A DNA stretch of 35,511 bases from Planctomycetota bacterium (GTDB lineage Bacteria; Planctomycetota; Planctomycetia; Pirellulales; Lacipirellulaceae). The DNA lies in the NCBI GenBank assembly GCA_039190745.1, contig JBCCXZ010000039.1, positions 1-35,511 of the forward strand, read 5' to 3'. The notes beneath the pieces were generated by a model, which was given only the letters and a program-made list of their open reading frames with translations, was not told where the DNA came from and ran no database searches. The position numbers and the translations under genes were made by a program. Positions 1 to 6,693 of this stretch are shown here, one piece after another (position 1 is the stretch's first letter; the number at the start of each line of letters is the position of its first letter).

Positions 1-260
1 ACCGCGTCGAGGAGCGGGAGGTCCAGGATGCCGCTGCCGCAGCCCACGCTGAGCACCCGCAGCGGAGAGGCTCCGGTGAACTCCTCTGCGACGAGGCGCG
101 CAAGCCACTCGAGGATTTGGAGCTGCTGGTTGCTGGAACGCTCGAAGCACTCGTGGGAGCGGTCGAAACGGTCGTCGGGGAGTCGTTCTACAGCAGGCGC
201 ATCGCGGAGGTTTTGGAGGAGTTCATCGAGAAGCGTCGTCGCGGGAGTCGTGGAAGGCAT
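1..260 (-). CDS. Class I SAM-dependent methyltransferase, N-terminal part (runs off window start)
   Basis: Not in the ORF track. Manual translation from ATG at 260 gives MPSTTPATTLLDELLQNLRDAPAVERLPDDRFDRSHECFERSSNQQLQILEWLARLVAEEFTGASPLRVLSVGCGSGILDLPLLDA, which contains SAM motif I (VLSVGCGSG). Confidence 0.8.
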   Translation of the reverse strand, partial: MPSTTPATTLLDELLQNLRDAPAVERLPDDRFDRSHECFERSSNQQLQILEWLARLVAEEFTGASPLRVLSVGCGSGILDLPLLDA

Positions 261-322
261 TATCCCCGAGGGTGTTGGGGCTCGTTGCGGAGAGAACTTA
301 AGCGCCCCAGCGTAAGGCCTGC

Positions 323-337
323 GCAAGGCGGATGCCA
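323..337 (-). promoter_or_regulatory. Sigma54-type -24/-12 promoter candidate for the methyltransferase
   Basis: Minus strand reads TGGCATCCGCCTTGC, with exact GG-N10-GC spacing, about 60 nt upstream of ATG 260. Confidence 0.6.
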
Positions 338-506
338 GCCGCGCTGCCCGTCAATTCCGCCTCGGCTTGTTCGGTTAGTCACTTGCACGCTTCGCAGACT
401 CGCATTTCTTCTTGACGTCCTGTGCGGCAAGGCAAGGTTAGGCGCGTAAATCAGCTGTCACCTCGCGGCTAACGGGCGATGGCCCTGCACAACTAACACG
501 CTGCGT

Positions 507-1298
507 TCAAGCCTTCTGGCAGTTGTCGCATGCGTAAACGGTGCGGGACGCCAGCTCCCACACCCCGATCGGACCGTCGCACTTGGGGCAGTGCGACTTC
601 TTGTAGACGAGCAGCCGTTCGTCGCGTCGCATGCGGCCGCGCGGTTTTCCCACCTCGTCAGGGTCGGCGATGATGATGCGGTTGTAACGGACTCCGATCG
701 CGAGCAGCTCTTCGAGCTTCTCCCACATTTGTGTGAACAGGCCCTGGGAGATTGCTCTGCCCGGGGTCTCCGGGTGGATGCCGAGCAGGAACAGCACCTC
801 GCTGCGGTAGATGTTGCCGACTCCGGCGATGACGGATTGATTCAGGAGGAGGCTGCCGATCGCCGCCCTGCTCTTGCCGATGCGGGCCCAGGCTTTCTCT
901 GGGTCTGAGTCTTTACGAAGCGGGTCTTCGCCGAGACGCTCTCGCACGGCCGCCCAGGCTTTCTTGGTCAACAGTTCGCAACGGTTGGGCCCGTTGAGAT
1001 CGAAGGAGTGGTCGTCGCCGATCACCCGCAGCCTCACCTGGCCCCTCGGTTCGGGCGGCGGCGACGGGTGGCGATGGAACTTGCCGTACAATCCCAGGTG
1101 GATGTGGAGCAGCGTGCCTCCTGACCAACGGTAGAGCAGGTGCTTGCCGAAGGCGTCGACGGCTTCGAGCGTACGCCCGTCGAGTTTCTTGGCGCCGTCG
1201 ACGAAACGGCCTTGCGGGGAAGAGACACGCAGAGACCGTCCGCAGAAGTCGCGGGAGTGGTCGCGGGCGACCCGGTGGATGGTGTGGCCTTCGGGCAT
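507..1298 (-). CDS. nei: Fpg/Nei family DNA glycosylase/AP lyase (endonuclease VIII-like)
   Basis: N-terminal MPEGHT, GKHL, HLGLYG, H2TH motif LLNQSVIAGVGNIYRSEVLF and C-terminal zinc finger CPKC...CDNCQ. Confidence 0.92.
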   Translation of the reverse strand: MPEGHTIHRVARDHSRDFCGRSLRVSSPQGRFVDGAKKLDGRTLEAVDAFGKHLLYRWSGGTLLHIHLGLYGKFHRHPSPPPEPRGQVRLRVIGDDHSFDLNGPNRCELLTKKAWAAVRERLGEDPLRKDSDPEKAWARIGKSRAAIGSLLLNQSVIAGVGNIYRSEVLFLLGIHPETPGRAISQGLFTQMWEKLEELLAIGVRYNRIIIADPDEVGKPRGRMRRDERLLVYKKSHCPKCDGPIGVWELASRTVYACDNCQKA

Positions 1299-1423
1299 TG
1301 GGTTGGCGCCAGAGAGAAACCCAAGCCGCGAGCGGCTTGAAAGAGAGCACAGCTACAGTCACGGCTCCGGCGCCGCGGGCGAACGTTAACCGCAATGCAC
1401 ACGCGGAGGAGCGAGCGGGCGGG

Positions 1424-1870
1424 CTAGAGCTGGTAGACCTCTTCTTCGCGCGGGAAGCCGCAGCGTCCGACTTCGGAAGTCTTTTGCGCCACGAGCTCGG
1501 CGATGGTCTTGGATTCCAGCAACTCGTACATCCGGGCCAAGGTTCGGTCGATCTCAGAGTGCAGCGGGCAGAGCTTGTTGTGCCCCGGGACGCCGAGGGG
1601 GCAAGACTCGATGCGTTTCAGCGAATCGACCGCGCCGACAATGTCGAGCATCGTGAGTTCGACGGGGGACCGCGTTAACGAGATACCGCCCCCGGTGCCT
1701 TGTTGCGTGGAGATCAACTCGGCGTCCCGCAGCTTGTTGAGCACCTTCCGCAGGTACGGCGCGTTGATCTTCGTGGCCAAAGCAATGACGGGGATAGTGC
1801 TCATGTGGCTGGGGCATGAAGCCAGGAAAGCAGTCGCCCGCAATGCGTATTCAGCGGTTTGAGAAAACAG
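1424..1870 (-). CDS. Rrf2 family transcriptional regulator (probable CTG start)
   Basis: Frame extends past the ORF-track TTG (1843) to give (M)FSQTAEYALRA. Winged HTH YLRKVLNKL...QGTGGG and CPLG-x3-H-x3-CPLH. GGAG lies 7 nt before the CTG at 1870. Confidence 0.9.
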   Translation of the reverse strand: MFSQTAEYALRATAFLASCPSHMSTIPVIALATKINAPYLRKVLNKLRDAELISTQQGTGGGISLTRSPVELTMLDIVGAVDSLKRIESCPLGVPGHNKLCPLHSEIDRTLARMYELLESKTIAELVAQKTSEVGRCGFPREEEVYQL

Positions 1871-1890
1871 AGGGAATCTCCAGATGGCGT

Positions 1891-1914
1891 AAACCGTACC
1901 TTGACATACTCTTT
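1891..1914. promoter_or_regulatory. Imperfect inverted repeat, candidate Rrf2 operator
   Basis: AAACCGTA-CCTTGACA-TACTCTTT (arms match at 6 of 8 positions). It encloses the TTGACA and lies just upstream of the rrf2 start. Confidence 0.4.
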
Positions 1915-1928
1915 TTTCGAGATAGATT
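1901..1928 (+). promoter_or_regulatory. Sigma70-like promoter candidate for the oxidase operon
   Basis: TTGACA (1901-1906), 16-nt spacer, TAGATT (1923-1928). Confidence 0.45.
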
Positions 1929-1980
1929 CGATGGGAACTTGGCTCGCAAAGAATCGCTGCCTCGATTAGAAATTTTGTCG

Positions 1981-2002
1981 TCTTGTCTCATATGAAACAA
2001 GA
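1981..2002. promoter_or_regulatory. 22-bp near-perfect palindrome, candidate transcription-factor site
   Basis: TCTTGTCTCATATGAAACAAGA has one mismatched pair and is AT-rich within GC-rich DNA. Confidence 0.55.
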
Positions 2003-2108
2003 GTTGTTCGCCGCAAGTCGCGGCTCAGCGGCGCTGGGAATCACTTCTCAGCACGGTTGGAATGAGGGCAACACTTTGAATGGCGGCGCCCCTTTCATTG
2101 AGGGCAAT

Positions 2109-3287
2109 ATGGCGGTTGTGCCTTTTTCCGCTCAACGTCTTCCGCTCGCATTTCTCTTGGTTTGCTTAGCAGCGGTCGGCTGCCGCCCCGCTGTCCCGCC
2201 GAGTTTCTCGGCCGGTGAGGCGGTGGTGAACCTGACCGCTGATATCGAAGATCCGGAGGAGCTGGAGCTCTACACCGAACTCCAGGTCGAGATCGGCCGC
2301 GAGCTGCGTAGATGGTGCGGCACGCCCGAGAAGATCAAGCTGCTCGGCGAGGAGCACGACCTTGAAGCGGAGGCGCGGCTCAAGCTCGGGTACCAGGTCT
2401 ACGACCGGTACTGCACCCAGTGCCACGGCGTGAACGGCGACGGCAACGGCCCGGCCGCAGGCTCGTTGAACCCGAAGCCCCGCAACTACACCAAGGGCGT
2501 CTACAAGTTCACCTCGACCCCCTACGGCAGCAAGCCGCGTCACTCGGACCTGGTGCTGACCATCAAGCGGGGGGTGACGGGCACCTCGATGCCGTCGTTC
2601 GACCGCTTCTCCAAGGAAGAACTCGAGGCGGTGACCGACTACGTCTTGGCCCTCACGCACCGGGGCGAGTTGGAGCAAGAGCTCGCGAACATCGCCTACG
2701 ACGAGGGGGAGCTGCTGCCCGAAGAAGACATGCAAGACGTCGTCGACACGATTCTGGAGCCTTGGCGCGAGGCGGCCGACCAGCTTGTGATGCCGGCAAC
2801 GCCGATGCCGCCCATGACCGAGGCTACCGTCCGCGCCGGACACGAGGCGTTTCTCGGAAAGGCTTGCAACCGGTGCCACGGGAAGTTTGGGCGAGGGGGC
2901 TCGATGGGCGGCGTCGAGGTCGGGTTGGACGCCTGGGGGAACAAGGCCGCGGCCGCCGACCTCTCGTCGGGCATGTTCCACGGGGGCGACCGGCCGATCG
3001 ACATCTACCGACGCATCTACTCTGGCATCAACGGGACACCCATGCCGGCGTTCGAGACTGTGTTTCGCGACGACCCGGACGCGATCTGGCACATGGTCCA
3101 CTTTATCAAGGCGACCGGCGACCGACGCAGGCAAGGCCTGGCGCCGCTGGGCGAGTCCGACCTGCCGCCCCAATCGGCCGCGTCGGAGAGCGAGGCCGCC
3201 CAGCCCCCAGCGGACGACGCCGAGCCGGCTGAGGTTGAAGGGGAAGAGTCGGAAGAACCAGAGACTAGCGACCCGGCAGCCGCCTAG
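2109..3287 (+). CDS. Di-heme c-type cytochrome, predicted lipoprotein
   Basis: CTQCH and CNRCH with distal Met motifs TSMPSF and TPMPAF. From ATG 2109 the signal ends in lipobox-like LAAVGC. Acidic low-complexity C-terminal tail. Start choice is inferred. Confidence 0.88.
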   Translation: MAVVPFSAQRLPLAFLLVCLAAVGCRPAVPPSFSAGEAVVNLTADIEDPEELELYTELQVEIGRELRRWCGTPEKIKLLGEEHDLEAEARLKLGYQVYDRYCTQCHGVNGDGNGPAAGSLNPKPRNYTKGVYKFTSTPYGSKPRHSDLVLTIKRGVTGTSMPSFDRFSKEELEAVTDYVLALTHRGELEQELANIAYDEGELLPEEDMQDVVDTILEPWREAADQLVMPATPMPPMTEATVRAGHEAFLGKACNRCHGKFGRGGSMGGVEVGLDAWGNKAAAADLSSGMFHGGDRPIDIYRRIYSGINGTPMPAFETVFRDDPDAIWHMVHFIKATGDRRRQGLAPLGESDLPPQSAASESEAAQPPADDAEPAEVEGEESEEPETSDPAAA

Positions 3288-3309
3288 GTTCCAACGGTTT
3301 AGGGGTGTT

Positions 3310-3942
3310 ATGGAAAACGACGCCAGACAGACCGAACTCGACGAGCTGCGTCAGCGCGTTGCTGTGCTGGAGTCCCAGATCGCGGCGGAAACCGAGCACA
3401 CGCCGTTCCGACCGAAGGACTACTACCTGGCCTACTACGCCAACTCCGGGTTCATGCTTGGCAGCATCGGTGCGATGGCCAGCCTGCTGTTCAACGTGGT
3501 CGGTTCGGTGCTCACGGGCCGGGCCCCGCTGGAGATCATCCGCACGTACCTGACCTTCCCGCTGGGCGACCGGGCCTTCGAGCTCCCGCCCGAGCAGAAC
3601 GGGCTGATGCTTGCCATTGGTTGCTGCCTGTACATCGGCACCGGCATGGTGCTGGGCGTTCCGGTGTACTTGGCGCTCGCTAAGTGGGCCTCGCAGAAGG
3701 CGTTGCCGGCGCGATTGGTTGTGGCGACGTTCGTGTCGCTCCTGATCTGGGTTATCAACTTTTACGGGCTGCTCTCCTGGTTGCAGCCCGCCGTCATCGA
3801 CATGTCCCCCGAGAACTTGATCCTGGAGAGGATCCCTCCCTGGGTTGCCGCGGCAACGCACTTGGTTTTCGGCTGGACGATCGCCTTGGTTTACCCGCTC
3901 GGTGAGTACGAGCCCTACCGGCGAGTCACGGATACGCAATGA
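3310..3942 (+). CDS. Hypothetical integral membrane protein (about 4 TM, N-terminal coiled coil)
   Basis: MENDARQTELDELRQRVAVLESQI followed by hydrophobic helices. Stop overlaps the ccoN start (ATGA). Confidence 0.8.
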   Translation: MENDARQTELDELRQRVAVLESQIAAETEHTPFRPKDYYLAYYANSGFMLGSIGAMASLLFNVVGSVLTGRAPLEIIRTYLTFPLGDRAFELPPEQNGLMLAIGCCLYIGTGMVLGVPVYLALAKWASQKALPARLVVATFVSLLIWVINFYGLLSWLQPAVIDMSPENLILERIPPWVAAATHLVFGWTIALVYPLGEYEPYRRVTDTQ

Positions 3943-5372
3943 ACGACCCAACGGATAATGCCACGCAACCCGCCTCTGACCAGCCGCAAGGCCCCGAGGG
4001 GGTCGAGTCGCTGCAGGACTACCTCGTCGAGGAGCGGCTCGTCTGCTGGTATTTTGTGGCCGCGCTGGGCTACTTGTTCATCTCGATGCTGGGCGGCTTT
4101 CTGATGGCTTTCCAGCTGGTGCAGTGGAACCCGTTTCAAGACTACGAGTACCTCTCACCCGGCCGCTGGCGGATGGTGCACACCAACGCGATCGCGTACG
4201 GCTTCTTGGCGAACAGCTTCCTGGGCGCCCTGCATTGGGCCGTCCCTCGGCTGACCCTGAAGCCAGTCCTCAATAAAGCATTGAGCTATTTTATTTTTGC
4301 CGCTTGGCAGGTTGTGGTGCTCGCGACCGCCGTGGGCCTCATCCTTGGGCAGGCCCAGGGCGTGGAGTGGGGCGAGACGCCGGTGTGGATCGATCCGCTC
4401 GCTCTCGCCGGCCTCGCGCTGGTTGCGGTCAACTTTATGGCGCCCATCATCCAGACCAAGGGGCCGCTTTACGTCACCCTTTGGTATTTCATGGCCGCGT
4501 TCGTGTGGACCTTCCTCACCTACGCGATGGGCAACTTCGTCCCCGAGTACTTCGTCTCCGGCACCAGCGCCGGGGCGATCGCGGGCCTGTTCATCCACGA
4601 CTTGGTCGGCTTGTTCGTCACGCCGCTGGCGTGGGGGCTGATGTACTACTTCGTGCCGATCCTGCTGAAGAAGCCGATTTGGAGTCACGGCCTGTCGTTG
4701 GTCGGTTTTTGGGGGCTGGCGTTCTTCTACCCGCTCAACGGCATTCACCACTTCCTGTACACGCCGATCCCCGACTTCTTGGAGTACGGGGCCATCGTCG
4801 CCACGGTGGCGGTGGAATTCGTGGTGACGACCGTGATCATCAACTTCTTTGGCACTCTGTGGGGGACCGGGCGTGCGGTGGTCACGAACCTGCCCATCCG
4901 CTGGTTCTACACCGGAATGGTGTTGTACTTCGTGACCTGTGCCCAATGTGCGATGCAGGTGACCCGCACGTTCCAGAAGCTGATCCACTTCACCGACTGG
5001 GTCGTGGGGCACGCCCACCTCGTGATGTTCGGAGTGTTCAGCATGTGGTTCTTCGGCATGATGACCTACCTGTTCCCGCGTCTGCTAAAGCAGTCGTGGT
5101 ACAGCCGGTCGCTGTGCGAGTGGCACTACTGGCTTTCGACCGTCGGGATCGGGGTGATGTTCATCGACCTCGTGCTGGCGGGTGTCTTCGAGGGCTACTT
5201 CTGGGCGTCGCTCCAGCCGTGGGAGGCCTCGACCGACGGCGCCCACGCGTTCTGGGTGACCCGCGTCTTCGCGGGGCTGGCGATCTTCGCCGGGCAGCTC
5301 GCTTTCATTTACAACCTGTTCATGACCTGGGTGCTCTCCAAGCGGGGCGCCAACCAACGGGCGGCGGCGTAG
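3939..5372 (+). CDS. ccoN: C-family (cbb3-type) heme-copper oxidase subunit I, divergent
   Basis: About 12 TM helices. GRWRMVHTN (H81), EWGE, IHDLVG (H220), MYYF, FYPLNGIHH (Y264, H270, H271) and WVVGHAH (H358, H360). Confidence 0.92.
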   Translation: MNDPTDNATQPASDQPQGPEGVESLQDYLVEERLVCWYFVAALGYLFISMLGGFLMAFQLVQWNPFQDYEYLSPGRWRMVHTNAIAYGFLANSFLGALHWAVPRLTLKPVLNKALSYFIFAAWQVVVLATAVGLILGQAQGVEWGETPVWIDPLALAGLALVAVNFMAPIIQTKGPLYVTLWYFMAAFVWTFLTYAMGNFVPEYFVSGTSAGAIAGLFIHDLVGLFVTPLAWGLMYYFVPILLKKPIWSHGLSLVGFWGLAFFYPLNGIHHFLYTPIPDFLEYGAIVATVAVEFVVTTVIINFFGTLWGTGRAVVTNLPIRWFYTGMVLYFVTCAQCAMQVTRTFQKLIHFTDWVVGHAHLVMFGVFSMWFFGMMTYLFPRLLKQSWYSRSLCEWHYWLSTVGIGVMFIDLVLAGVFEGYFWASLQPWEASTDGAHAFWVTRVFAGLAIFAGQLAFIYNLFMTWVLSKRGANQRAAA

Positions 5373-5406
5373 ACGCCCCGCGCAGCAATCCTGTTTGGCA
5401 GCATCT

Positions 5407-6069
5407 ATGTTTGAGAGTAAATCCGGCATCCTGTTGATCGGCGGCTTAGGGTTCTTCCTCTTCGCGTTCCTCTCGAACGCGTTGGTGCCGATCTTGCTGT
5501 ACCAAGACCTCCCGGAGAAGACGGTCGAAGAGCTCGCTACGAACCAGAACCTGATCTACCAGTTCGAAGACCTGAAGATGCGGTTCCCCGAGCAGTTCGA
5601 GAAGTACTTCGGCGAGCCGAATCAGGTGAACCTCGTGGAGGCGCTCGAGCTGGGCCGCGACATCTACACCGGCGAGGGCTGCTGGCACTGCCACAGCCAG
5701 TTTGTGCGGCCGGTCTCCAACGAGAGCGCCCGTTGGGGCAAGGTCTCTTCGTCCGACGAGTACCAGAACGAGCTGCAGCGGCCCGTCTTGTGGGGCACCC
5801 GCCGCGTGGGGCCCGATCTCAGCCGCGAGGGCGGTCGCCGGGGCAGCGACTGGCACGCCGTGCACTTCCACAACCCGCGGACGCTCTCGCCGGGTTCGCC
5901 CATGCCCAAGTACCCCTGGTTCTTCGACGACAACGACCCCGACAAGCCCAACAAGCGCGGCCTCGCGATCATCACGTACATCCAGTGGCTCGGGTCGTGG
6001 CTCGAAGAGTACCCGCTGTACGAAGACTACGTGCCGCTGGACGACCAGGTGCGCAACCCGCTGGAATAA
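5407..6069 (+). CDS. ccoO: cbb3-type oxidase subunit II (mono-heme c)
   Basis: N-terminal TM, GRDIYTGEGCWHCHSQFVRP, WGTRRVGPDL, PGSPMPKY. Confidence 0.92.
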   Translation: MFESKSGILLIGGLGFFLFAFLSNALVPILLYQDLPEKTVEELATNQNLIYQFEDLKMRFPEQFEKYFGEPNQVNLVEALELGRDIYTGEGCWHCHSQFVRPVSNESARWGKVSSSDEYQNELQRPVLWGTRRVGPDLSREGGRRGSDWHAVHFHNPRTLSPGSPMPKYPWFFDDNDPDKPNKRGLAIITYIQWLGSWLEEYPLYEDYVPLDDQVRNPLE

Positions 6070-6105
6070 GAACGCCCTAGAAGGTTCCCCCCCAGGAGAC
6101 ACCTC

Positions 6106-6423
6106 ATGCTGAAAGACATCGCGGTAGGCGTCATGGCCGTGGTTGTGATCGGCTTCTGCGCCTTCGGCTTCGGCAGCAAGTTTGTCGAGTTCGTCTACCT
6201 GGTGCGTTCTGACGACCCCTTGGCCCGGGACGGCATCTTCGCGGTCGCCCCGCTGTCGAACTACCTGCTGGCGAGCGCGGGCTTTTTGTGTTTGCTAGGT
6301 TGGGCCACCATCCACGGGATGTTCCACAACATCGAACGCCCCAAGCACACCATGCTCGTCGACGATGAGCGGCTCGACGCCGCCGACTCCAGCACGCCGT
6401 TCAGCAACTCTGTGATCCAGTAA
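6106..6423 (+). CDS. Small membrane protein with CcoS/FixS-like C-terminal half
   Basis: Two TM segments. WATIHGMFHNIERPKHTMLVDD resembles the CcoS pattern WA-x3-GQFDDxExPxxRILxDD. GGAG SD upstream. Confidence 0.65.
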   Translation: MLKDIAVGVMAVVVIGFCAFGFGSKFVEFVYLVRSDDPLARDGIFAVAPLSNYLLASAGFLCLLGWATIHGMFHNIERPKHTMLVDDERLDAADSSTPFSNSVIQ

Positions 6424-6486
6424 CCGCGGCCTGCCGTTCCGATAGCAGACCCTTCGCGAGAACCCGCCGCACCCGAAAGGCGCCAC

Positions 6487-6693
6487 GTGAGCGACTACCT
6501 AGACACCGCCGCCGAGGATGTGCCGGTCGACCACAGCCCGGCCAAGATCGAGCACCGCTGGCATAGCTACGTCGGCAACAGCATCCCGTGGTACGTGCGG
6601 CTGATATGGCTGGGTTTCTGGGCATACGCAATCTACTACACCATCGTGTACCTGTTCCCGGCGCTCCAGGCCGAGATCGTTTCGCCGCCGTGA
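6487..6693 (+). CDS. Small single-TM protein resembling the CcoP N-terminal (FixP_N) segment
   Basis: EHRWHSYVGNSIPWYVRLIWLGFWAYAIYY compared with CcoP GHxWDGIxEYxNPLPxWW...Y. No CxxCH. Stop overlaps the ATPase start (GTGA). Confidence 0.65.
   Translation: MSDYLDTAAEDVPVDHSPAKIEHRWHSYVGNSIPWYVRLIWLGFWAYAIYYTIVYLFPALQAEIVSPP

Noticed and set aside
28..449. + strand ORFs 28..315 and 117..449
   Set aside because: The minus-strand methyltransferase frame explains the region better.
1896..1909. GTA-N8-TAC matching an NtcA box
   Set aside because: NtcA is cyanobacterial. The match is better explained as part of the larger inverted repeat.
1983..2108. ORF-track N-terminal extension of the cytochrome (similar extensions at 2887, 6588, 8630, 19082, 22640, 27236, 33111, 35509)
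   Set aside because: They overlap regulatory DNA or neighbouring genes. Downstream starts fit signal peptides, SD sites or coupled stops.
3939..5372. Calling subunit I a nitric oxide reductase NorB
   Set aside because: It lacks the HLWVE Glu, keeps the C-family helix-VII Tyr, and is linked to ccoO and a Cu ATPase.
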